Positions 1-8,125 of a stretch of 64,000 nt of DNA are shown piece by piece. Numbering within the stretch: position 1 is the stretch's first letter; every line of letters starts with the position of its first letter. This DNA is from Candidatus Kaiserbacteria bacterium. Lineage in GTDB: Bacteria; Patescibacteriota; Minisyncoccia; Phycocordibacterales; UBA918. Position numbers and translations under genes: made by a program. The stretch is taken from NCBI GenBank assembly GCA_031430855.1, contig JANPCG010000006.1:2531-66530 (forward strand). Reading direction: 5' to 3'. The notes under the pieces are model-generated. The model was not told the DNA's origin, did not search any database, and saw nothing but the letters and a program-made list of their open reading frames with translations.

Positions 1-909
1 ATCAAAACGAATGTTGCGGAGTGGCTCGAACAGATTCGTCCGCTGATGGACTTTGACGCAACAATAAATCCCCCCCAGGTGAAATTTAATGGTGACTGGT
101 TATCGAAACTCACCATGGCAGATTTGATTAACCTTACCTCAATGGTCACGGTGCAGCAGATGCTCGAACGGGATATGTTCGAGAAGCGTCTGAAAGAAGA
201 AAAACCAATCCATTTGCACGAATTTTTATACCCACTCATGCAGGGGTACGATAGTGTTGCCATGGAGGTTGATGCTGAGCTGTGTGGGACTGATCAGACC
301 TTTAACGCACTCATGGGGCGCACCCTGATTAAAAATCTTAAAGGTAAAGATAAGTTTGTCGTGACTGTGAATCTGATGGAGAATCCAAAGACGGGTGAAC
401 TAATGTCCAAGAGTCGGGGAACTGGGGTATTTTTAAATACCGACGCCTTCAATAAGTACGGCGCTATTATGACGCAGCCGGACGAGATGATTGACATTAT
501 TCTGGTCAATAACACTCGTCTCGAGCTCGAGGAAATTGCTGAAATCATGAAAGCACCAAATCCACGCGACGCCAAGATGCGGGCAGCCTTTGAAGTAACT
601 AAAATTTTCCACGGTGAAGCAGCAGCGATAGAAGCAGCTGAACGATTTGTACAATTGGTACAGAAGGGAGGAACAGCCGAGAATGTACCCGAGGTACAGG
701 TGAGCGGTTCGGAAATGACAGTTTTTGCCCTCGTGCGCGAAGTCATAACGGACGAAACCAGTACGGAACTCCGACGTTTAATTGAACAAGGCTCGGTCAA
801 AATTAATGGAGAGAAGTACGCAGACCGTGACCAGGTAGTTACCATTCCGGTAGAAGGTATTGATTTGAAAGTAGGGAAGAAACTGTGGTTTAAAGTAAAG
901 ACAGCGTAA
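1..909 (+). CDS. tyrS: Tyrosine--tRNA ligase (5' truncated by window edge)
   Basis: Frame open from base 1. Contains YPLMQGYD, CGTDQTFN, the KMSKS-like LMSKS, and a C-terminal S4 domain (RRLIEQGSVKING...KVGK). Confidence 0.96.
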   Translation: MKTNVAEWLEQIRPLMDFDATINPPQVKFNGDWLSKLTMADLINLTSMVTVQQMLERDMFEKRLKEEKPIHLHEFLYPLMQGYDSVAMEVDAELCGTDQTFNALMGRTLIKNLKGKDKFVVTVNLMENPKTGELMSKSRGTGVFLNTDAFNKYGAIMTQPDEMIDIILVNNTRLELEEIAEIMKAPNPRDAKMRAAFEVTKIFHGEAAAIEAAERFVQLVQKGGTAENVPEVQVSGSEMTVFALVREVITDETSTELRRLIEQGSVKINGEKYADRDQVVTIPVEGIDLKVGKKLWFKVKTA

Positions 910-1107
910 CGTGGGAGACGGATCCCTAAATAGCCGTAATTTCTCGATTTTTTAAAAAAACGCAACTAAAATTGGACGGGGTCAATAGACATTGAGTAAA
1001 TGATAAACCGAGTGATTTCAACCTTAGATTACCCATTCAGCTATATTTTAGGCCATATAATTATACGTTGCGCACTTTAGAGACAGTGGTAGGATGAGGA
1101 CATCCCT

Positions 1108-1536
1108 ATGTCACTCTTTCCCGAATCAAAACTCCATACCCTACTCAAGACTCGCCTCGATACTCTGAAGTGTGAGCTCGAACGACTATCAGTGCGCCAA
1201 ATGGCGGTAACTCGCTTACGACACGCGGCAATTCTCCACAAGAACGCGGAAGGTATTGAAGACGAAGAAGACGAGGCAGTCGACGCCTTGATTGCCAGTA
1301 TCGATGCGGTTGATTTTGATCTCGCCATTTTTAGTGGGCAGTTACATGACCGCCAAAAGCACCTCTCGAAAGGAATCGCTCTCCTTAATGCTTCATCCGT
1401 TGACTCATTTAGAGAGCTGCTCACTGAACATTTTATCGACGAAGCCAATTTAGCAATCCGTGACGCCAAAGTCGCTCGCAAAGGCTACGACGAACTCATT
1501 GCCGATTTACAGACCATCACCGTCCAGCCAAATTAA
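1108..1536 (+). CDS. Hypothetical helical protein
   Basis: 142-aa ORF with SD-like GAGGA upstream; helical/coiled-coil composition; no motif recognised. Confidence 0.65.
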   Translation: MSLFPESKLHTLLKTRLDTLKCELERLSVRQMAVTRLRHAAILHKNAEGIEDEEDEAVDALIASIDAVDFDLAIFSGQLHDRQKHLSKGIALLNASSVDSFRELLTEHFIDEANLAIRDAKVARKGYDELIADLQTITVQPN

Positions 1537-1686
1537 ATGTAATTACATTTAAAGCTGCACCGGGGTCTGCCCTGGGCAATTTCTACTTTCAGTATGTATC
1601 TGCAGAGGCCTTTCCTCCACAAACAAAATCGTCTCACACAAATGTGAGGTGCATTTTGAAACAGTAATTCACTACACGTTTCGTAG

Positions 1687-3336
1687 TTATTTACGCAGGG
1701 GAATCTCGGCGACCACATCACTTGAGAACTGGCCAGACTCCAAACGGAATCGAGTTGCGTCAGCTTTTCCTCGCTCGCCACCCCAGGTCTCGGGTGAAGT
1801 GGCAAAACGCACCCCGCGATCAGTAGGGAACACTTGAATACTTTCAACCGCTCCGTAAATATCAACTGACGACTGGACACCAGAAGCAGCGAGTTCTTTT
1901 CCGAGCTGACTGACAACTGACTCGTTACCAATTTGTACTTTATTACCCTCGTCATCCAAATCATACTGTGGGGTTTCGGCGGCCATTTGGCACGTTACCA
2001 GGATTATCTTCTTACGTCCTTCATCTTGTGGATCATCATCAACACCACGACTAGGTTGCATGTAATTTTCGACGACTCGCGCGAGCCCGCTCATATCATG
2101 CATCGGGGCGTCAATCCGATTTCGTCCCGTCTCAGCAAATGAAGTATTTTTGGCTTCAGTCACTCTTTTTCCATCAGTCACGAGCCAGCGGTCTTTTTTA
2201 ACTTCAGGGTTACGATCATCAGAAATAACAAAACCACCAGCCGAACCGTGCGCAGCAATAGCAACCGTGGCTGGTTTGATCCCGGCTTTTTGCAGTTGCA
2301 CAAACGCCCGATAGATATCTGCCGGGTTTGCTATTTCAAAGAAGAGAGTACGCCCTGAACCATTCGTATCATCAAATGTCTTTGCCCATTCACGCATCAG
2401 GGAGTTATCGCTATCATACCGATTTACAAACAGCACCGAAACATCCCGCTCGCGTAATTCCTCGGACATTTCCTCTGGTTCGGTTATAAGTCGCTCCATT
2501 CGTTCGAGTTGTTCGATGGAATAACTTTCGATACCGATGATGCCAGTTGCCTTGGTCATGGCGCGAAGACGTTCTATGCCGAAGTGGTCGAGACGAGCAA
2601 CTAAATCTATAACCATCTCATCACCATAGCCATGGATAGTGCTAAAGGCGTAATCCGTAACATCAGTTTCAGACAAGCCATAACTATTAACTAAAATTTG
2701 TTCAACCAAAGTTTTCCGCACTTTTTCACTACCGAGTGCACTGGCCTCATCAAAAGAAAAAAGTGCGGTCTGCATCGCTGCTATGACTTTAGGATTACGC
2801 ATTTCTTTACGAACTAATTCAGCGTATGGTGCTCCCTTAAGGGCAAAGAGTTGCGTTGTTTTTTCAAGACCAAACGTATGTTGCACAATTTCAAGCATTT
2901 TTTCACTCGGCTCGGACGCAAGTGCCGTTAGAATAGTTTGACGCACCGGACCGTTCTCAGGCTCAGAAATTACAACTTGAGAAATTTGTTCAGGTGACAG
3001 TCCATAGGTTGCTGATGAAAAACGACTTGCTTCAGATACCGGACGGACATTCTGTGTATCGTAATTTGCATAAAGGCGCTCGTCCAGTCTTTGGAACCTT
3101 GTTTTTATCTCTATAAACCGAGCAATATCTGCTGGGTTTTCTAGCTTATGCTCTAAATCACCGGGAACTGGTTTTTCATACCACCAGTCAGGCAGACGAG
3201 ACATGGTCTCATCCGAAAGCATTTCAACTTCTAACGCATCTATCTTTGTTTGCAGCAAATCAATGTCGTCATTAACTGGTGATTCTGAAAGCTGTTCAGG
3301 TTTGGCTTGTTTATAAGGAGCCTCAAAAAAGTCCAT
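1687..3336 (-). CDS. Hypothetical protein, possible clan-CD cysteine-protease-like C-terminal domain
   Basis: 549-aa ORF. C-terminal half has TVAIAAHG and IILVTCQ, resembling a strand-His-Gly / strand-Cys dyad. Confidence 0.7.
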   Translation of the reverse strand: MDFFEAPYKQAKPEQLSESPVNDDIDLLQTKIDALEVEMLSDETMSRLPDWWYEKPVPGDLEHKLENPADIARFIEIKTRFQRLDERLYANYDTQNVRPVSEASRFSSATYGLSPEQISQVVISEPENGPVRQTILTALASEPSEKMLEIVQHTFGLEKTTQLFALKGAPYAELVRKEMRNPKVIAAMQTALFSFDEASALGSEKVRKTLVEQILVNSYGLSETDVTDYAFSTIHGYGDEMVIDLVARLDHFGIERLRAMTKATGIIGIESYSIEQLERMERLITEPEEMSEELRERDVSVLFVNRYDSDNSLMREWAKTFDDTNGSGRTLFFEIANPADIYRAFVQLQKAGIKPATVAIAAHGSAGGFVISDDRNPEVKKDRWLVTDGKRVTEAKNTSFAETGRNRIDAPMHDMSGLARVVENYMQPSRGVDDDPQDEGRKKIILVTCQMAAETPQYDLDDEGNKVQIGNESVVSQLGKELAASGVQSSVDIYGAVESIQVFPTDRGVRFATSPETWGGERGKADATRFRLESGQFSSDVVAEIPLRK

Positions 3337-3440
3337 GACTTAATTCTAAGGGAAAACTACTCATATACCAAAGTATAAACCATACATTAACAGCGCTTTT
3401 TGGTTGTCTTTGGTGCAAAATCTGCTACACTGCGCAAATT

Positions 3441-4538
3441 ATGTCACTATCAGTTGGAATTGTTGGATTACCAAACGTGGGGAAGTCGACGTTGTTTACC
3501 GCCCTTACCAAAAATGAGGTGTTGATTGCCAATTATCCGTTTGCGACGATTGACCCTACCGTTGGTGTAGTAGCAGTGCCTGATAGTCGCCTCGCTACTC
3601 TCGCCGCTATTTCGGGGACCGATAAAATTATTCCCGCTGTGGTGGAGTTTGTTGATATTGCCGGATTAGTAAAAGGTGCGTCAGCCGGAGAAGGCTTAGG
3701 AAATAAGTTCCTCGCTAATATTCGCGAGACCGATATGATTGCTGAAGTTGTCCGCATATTTGAAGATGGTGATATTCACCACGTGTCAGGGCTGATTGAC
3801 CCCTTGGGTGACATTGAAGTAATAAACCTCGAGTTAATCCTCGCTGATGCAGAGACGGTCGCCAAGCGACTCGGGAACGTCGAACGTGACGCCAAGCGTG
3901 GAGATAAAGATGCAGTGGTTGAACGTGATGTCCTCGCCCGGATGTTGCCACACCTTGAAGCGGGCAAGCTCGCGAACACGCTCGAGATGACCGAAGAAGA
4001 AACAAAAGCCATCCGTAGTGTTCACCTACTTACCATGAAGCCGTTTTTGTATATTTGTAACAAGAAGACCGATGCATTTAACCTTGATGAACAGAATGAT
4101 GAACGATGGCAGGACCTCATGGAATTCTTTGAGGAAACAAATAGTCAGTATGTGGTCGTTGATGCGGGAATGGAACATGAGCTTCGTGACCTGTCTGAAG
4201 ATGAGAAAAATGATTTCCGTCGTGAATATGGAGCACAAGATAGTGGGGTAGGGAGCCTGATTCGTGCCTGTTATGACCGACTCGGTCTGATGTCCTATTT
4301 CACTACCGGTGAAAAGGAGACTCGGGCGTGGACCGTACCCATTGGGAGTACCGGCCCGAAGGCAGCCGCAGCGATTCACACTGACTTTGAAAAGAAGTAC
4401 ATTCGCGCGCAAGTGATTACATTTGAAGACTTAGTTGCTGCCGGGAGTAAAGTGGTTGCCAAAGAACGCGGCCAGATGCGTGCCGAGGGAAAAGACTACA
4501 TTGTGAAAGACGGAGACGTGATTGAGTTTTTGATTTAA
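3441..4538 (+). CDS. ychF: Redox-regulated ATPase YchF
   Basis: GIVGLPNVGKSTLF, NYPFATIDP, VDIAGLVKGAS.GEGLGNKFL and C-terminal EGKDYIVKDGDVI. Confidence 0.98.
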   Translation: MSLSVGIVGLPNVGKSTLFTALTKNEVLIANYPFATIDPTVGVVAVPDSRLATLAAISGTDKIIPAVVEFVDIAGLVKGASAGEGLGNKFLANIRETDMIAEVVRIFEDGDIHHVSGLIDPLGDIEVINLELILADAETVAKRLGNVERDAKRGDKDAVVERDVLARMLPHLEAGKLANTLEMTEEETKAIRSVHLLTMKPFLYICNKKTDAFNLDEQNDERWQDLMEFFEETNSQYVVVDAGMEHELRDLSEDEKNDFRREYGAQDSGVGSLIRACYDRLGLMSYFTTGEKETRAWTVPIGSTGPKAAAAIHTDFEKKYIRAQVITFEDLVAAGSKVVAKERGQMRAEGKDYIVKDGDVIEFLI

Positions 4539-4545
4539 CAAAGCG

Positions 4546-4581
4546 ACAAAGGACCGGCCTTCGCGAAGGCCGGTCCTTTGT
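4546..4581. repeat. Perfect 36-bp palindrome, copy 1 (REP-like; may also terminate ychF)
   Basis: acaaaggaccggccttcg|cgaaggccggtcctttgt; identical copy at 5275..5310. Confidence 0.9.
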
Positions 4582-4670
4582 GTTTTAACTGGAGATACTA
4601 GAGAGCACATTGCTATTTATGCAATGTGTTGTATTGTTTTCTGTAGAAACATTACGAGAGGGAACAACTT

Positions 4671-5219
4671 GTGGAATCTTCAATCATTCTGGCCGTCTTA
4701 CTCGCTTACGGTGCCATGATTTGCTGTCTCAACAGGGCACGCCCACTATTGACGTATGTGAGTCAGTTTGTCCATGAAAGTGGACACTACCTGGCACTAC
4801 GTCTGTTTGGTGTCTACCCCCTTGAGTTCAAGATTGGCGACACCAGACTGATGTGTCGAATGACCATTCAAACGACAATCTTTTCATTTCACCTAAATAC
4901 CAACAAAAGTACCGTTGTCGTTTCGGGTGATGATATCAGGGGATTGTCATGGTGGCAGCGTCTCGTAGTCTATGCGGCGGGAGCGGCGTTCAATCTGGCC
5001 TTTGGCTTTGCCGCGGTGATGCTCGTCATTTGGTACTTCGGGTTTGCCAATACCGCACTTGAGATTGTGACGGGGTTCGCACTCCTGTATCTGGTTCTTG
5101 AGCTCTTGGGAGTAACCAGCCTCATCTGCTTCGACTGTTTGAGACAAACATCGCCCGATGGACAACAGACCGATGGCTACGCGATTCGAGAAATTCTCGA
5201 AAAGCGCTTTGGCCAATAA
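4671..5219 (+). CDS. Site-2 protease (M50)-like membrane metalloprotease
   Basis: HESGH zinc motif, AAGAAFN (AGPxxN-like) and C-terminal TDG; GTG start with GAGAGGG SD. Confidence 0.8.
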   Translation: MESSIILAVLLAYGAMICCLNRARPLLTYVSQFVHESGHYLALRLFGVYPLEFKIGDTRLMCRMTIQTTIFSFHLNTNKSTVVVSGDDIRGLSWWQRLVVYAAGAAFNLAFGFAAVMLVIWYFGFANTALEIVTGFALLYLVLELLGVTSLICFDCLRQTSPDGQQTDGYAIREILEKRFGQ

Positions 5220-5227
5220 TGAAATCC

Positions 5228-5260
5228 GACCCCGCGCCACGGCGCGGGGTTGATTGTTTT
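5228..5260 (+). terminator. Intrinsic terminator after the M50-like gene
   Basis: accccgcgcc-ac-ggcgcggggt followed by T-rich sequence. Confidence 0.65.
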
Positions 5261-5274
5261 TATATTAAAACACT

Positions 5275-5310
5275 ACAAAGGACCGGCCTTCGCGAAGGCC
5301 GGTCCTTTGT
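5275..5310. repeat. Perfect 36-bp palindrome, copy 2
   Basis: Identical to 4546..4581. Confidence 0.9.
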
Positions 5311-5330
5311 TTTAGTGATTTTAAAATTTT

Positions 5331-5454
5331 TTAGAACATCCAAAAGGAGATGCAGTTCTAGGCGCGCAAACAAAAAACCGCGACACGTACTTTTGTACGG
5401 CGAGCGGTTTTTTGTGTAGCGCAACAACGAAATGCGTTCGTTTTGATGTTCTAA
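5331..5454. repeat. ~120-bp long-hairpin element (family with 17087..17207 and 23163..23282)
   Basis: Outer stem ttagaacatc/gatgttctaa, inner stem acaaaaaaccgc/gcggttttttgt, apical cgtac-tttt-gtacg. Confidence 0.7.
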
Positions 5455-5720
5455 GACCCTTCCATTGGAGGATTAGCCCGCTGAACCGGACTCACAATCG
5501 TCGGCTTCCATTCAGCCGTAATTTCTTTATGTTCCTTTTCGTATTCACTAATTTGATGCGTGAGATACTGCTGCAAGCGCTTGGCGTGCTGAGGCGTTAA
5601 GGAATAAATGGTAGCTTGGTTACCAGAACTCAATCCCATCACAAAAAATTCTGGGGTGTACGCAACGTTAATACTTTCACAGAATAATTTTGGGGCGTTT
5701 TTTAATTCATCTGATTTCAT
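5451..5720 (-). CDS. DUF3467-like small protein
   Basis: Pattern F..S..V..TPEFFVM...LTPQHAKRL...L...I..YEKEH; start set at MKSDE. Confidence 0.7.
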   Translation of the reverse strand: MKSDELKNAPKLFCESINVAYTPEFFVMGLSSGNQATIYSLTPQHAKRLQQYLTHQISEYEKEHKEITAEWKPTIVSPVQRANPPMEGS

Positions 5721-5830
5721 AGAAATATAGTATACCCGGACCATCGTAATTGTGCGAATACCACCATACCTTCATTGCTTTCACACACAAATGCAGCTAT
5801 TGTAGGCCACGAAGTTCTTTGACGGAGGCT

Positions 5831-6781
5831 ATGTCCATGAAATATGCTGCCACACTGCGTTTCGGTAGTTTCAATACCTGGTCTGGGTGCATCCCCGGGA
5901 GTGCCGGCCAACGTGATCACATCGTTGATTTCATTGTCGACTTGGCGCATACGTTTGATTATTTGGTGCTGCACGAAGTGCATGTCTCAAATGATTCCCA
6001 AACGGAACGGTTTGTGCCGCCACGCTCACCTGGACACCGTCCCGGTCCGCTTGACCTCAAGCTCGGTAACCGCTTGATGGATCGCCTCAAAACGACCCAT
6101 CGATACATGTTTGCGCCACACTTTAATGTGACAGCATTGCATGACTATGAAGCAACAGATCTGCCCGTGTATTACGGCAATCTGGTTCTCATTAAACGCC
6201 AGGTGGCGATAGTGCGTAACGAGGTTGCTCTGATTTACGGGATTGGGAACGTTAATACCGAAACACTCCACCGAGAGACAGGACACGTTACTGGTCGAGC
6301 TGGCTCACGGAAGGCGAACGTAACCACCATCGACACCGGATATGGTCACGTTACCGTAGCAGGAGTGCATGGTCTTCACTCACGAGCCGGGAAGATCGAC
6401 AGCCCCGCTCGCAATGCGCAATCGTCCCAAATTGCTGCCGTGATTGCTCAGCAACGAAAGTTGCTAAAGCTCTCAGGGGACGAACCACACTCGCTTGTGC
6501 TTGGTGATTTAAACCTCACTTCAGAGAACGACGCTTTGCGGAAACTTTTGGAAAACCCCTCTGCGTTTGGGTTTAGCCGCGGGATCAATCTCAATGATCA
6601 GTTCAATATCACTAACACCAGGACAAAGTGGTACCCCAAGTCTAAGTCCAGCCGCGAAGCAAACTTTGCACTTGCTTCGGTAGGGTTGGCAGAGCAAGTA
6701 ACCAAATACGTCGTCCAAAGAAAGACGCCGTCTGACCATGGGTACACCGACCTCACCATCGAAAAAAAGCCAGGCACCTAA
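5831..6781 (+). CDS. Exonuclease/endonuclease/phosphatase (EEP) family protein
   Basis: SFN, LVLHEV, GVHG, LGDLN and C-terminal PSDH motifs; GGAGG SD before ATG 5831. Confidence 0.8.
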   Translation: MSMKYAATLRFGSFNTWSGCIPGSAGQRDHIVDFIVDLAHTFDYLVLHEVHVSNDSQTERFVPPRSPGHRPGPLDLKLGNRLMDRLKTTHRYMFAPHFNVTALHDYEATDLPVYYGNLVLIKRQVAIVRNEVALIYGIGNVNTETLHRETGHVTGRAGSRKANVTTIDTGYGHVTVAGVHGLHSRAGKIDSPARNAQSSQIAAVIAQQRKLLKLSGDEPHSLVLGDLNLTSENDALRKLLENPSAFGFSRGINLNDQFNITNTRTKWYPKSKSSREANFALASVGLAEQVTKYVVQRKTPSDHGYTDLTIEKKPGT

Positions 6782-6801
6782 CCGTGCCTGGCAACTTTTT
6801 T
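6769..6801 (+). terminator. Intrinsic terminator
   Basis: gccaggcac-ctaacc-gtgcctggc then aactttttt. Confidence 0.7.
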
Positions 6802-6864
6802 ATCTAAACAGGAGTATACTTATGAGGTAGTTACAAAGGTATTATTTTTTATAACCATTTTTAC

Positions 6865-7773
6865 ATGAAAGAATCCAACCATAAAAATAGCACTCCGATG
6901 CATTTTGCCCTCCAGCTCGGCTCATTAATTAGCCTCTACCTTTCACTCTCATTTCTCATAGTGCTCCTGTTTGGCATCATTAATCTCAAGTTTCCTGATG
7001 CAACCGAAGGCTACTATATGATCGAGAGCGCCAGCAACAGCGTCCGACTTGGTATCGCTATGGTATTGGTATTTTTCCCCACCTATTTGATTTTGACTCG
7101 ACTCGTAAATAAGATTCGACGTTCCGAAGTAAGTGAACAGTACCTCTCGCTGACTAAATGGTTGATCTATCTTTCTTTGGTTCTCGGTATTGGTGCCTTA
7201 CTCGTTGATCTCGTGGTCGTGATTATGACCTTCTTAAACGGTGAAGTTACCGAGCGGTTTATCTACAAGGCGATGGCAGTCTTGGTCGTTATTGGAGCGG
7301 CAGTTCACTACTATATCCTTGATGCTCGTGGGTACTGGATAAAGAACGAGAGTAAATCTATTCTGTTTGGGATTGGTGCATGTATTGTGGCCTTTACTGC
7401 TGTCGCGTTTGGGTTTTCATACATTGAAACCCCCGCCGCTGTGCGTGAGATGAAACTCGACCAAGCACAAATTATGGACCTCCAAAATATTCAATACAAA
7501 ATTGAAGAGTATCTGGGGACTGAAAAGAAACTACCAGACACCATGAATACAGCCTACGGTGAATTTAATGCTCCTACCGCTCCCGAGGGACGGACAGCGT
7601 ATACCTACGTCGCCACTGAAGCGGGCTTTGAACTCTGTGCTGAATTTTCAAAAGAAAGTCAAACGGACGCCTTTGCCGCGCCATATATAGACGAAAAGAC
7701 AATGATTCAGAATGGTAATGATTGGCAATACAAAGCTGGTGTCTACTGTTTCAAGCGGGTAGTTAAAAAATAA
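6865..7773 (+). CDS. DUF5671-like multi-pass membrane protein
   Basis: About 5 TM segments, KWLIYLSL...FLNGE motif, and a C-terminal soluble domain with two Cys (FELCAEF, YCF). Confidence 0.75.
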   Translation: MKESNHKNSTPMHFALQLGSLISLYLSLSFLIVLLFGIINLKFPDATEGYYMIESASNSVRLGIAMVLVFFPTYLILTRLVNKIRRSEVSEQYLSLTKWLIYLSLVLGIGALLVDLVVVIMTFLNGEVTERFIYKAMAVLVVIGAAVHYYILDARGYWIKNESKSILFGIGACIVAFTAVAFGFSYIETPAAVREMKLDQAQIMDLQNIQYKIEEYLGTEKKLPDTMNTAYGEFNAPTAPEGRTAYTYVATEAGFELCAEFSKESQTDAFAAPYIDEKTMIQNGNDWQYKAGVYCFKRVVKK

Positions 7774-7839
7774 ACTTTACAATCGCTCCTCTTAGTCGTA
7801 CTGTAGGCGCAAACAGATCCTTGAGGGAGGACACAAGAC

Positions 7840-8049
7840 GTGGATAGTTTGCATTGTCAAAATTGTGGCTGTGAGCTCGATGAATACCATCTGCCACAGC
7901 CGTGTGCACGGTGTCACACCAAACCTACCACGACCCCATCCAATTACCGAAGCGAACGATGCAACTGTGTAGTCGTCCTTGATAGCAGTGCAACGATTGC
8001 GTATGTCGTCAATCCGAACTGCCCACGTCACCAAAAAGGCCCACCCTAG
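7840..8049 (+). CDS. Small Cys/His-rich putative zinc-binding protein
   Basis: GAGGGAGG SD with GTG start; CxxC..CxxC..CxC..CPxH; hairpin overlapping the stop. Confidence 0.6.
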   Translation: MDSLHCQNCGCELDEYHLPQPCARCHTKPTTTPSNYRSERCNCVVVLDSSATIAYVVNPNCPRHQKGPP

Positions 8050-8060
8050 TGTGGGCCTTT
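8036..8060 (+). terminator. Hairpin/terminator after the small Zn protein
   Basis: aaggcccac-cctagt-gtgggccttt. Confidence 0.6.
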
Positions 8061-8125
8061 GACTATTTTTGGCTACACGGCATAATGATGGGTACCTTTA
8101 CTCATCATGAATTCTGTCTTCTCCT

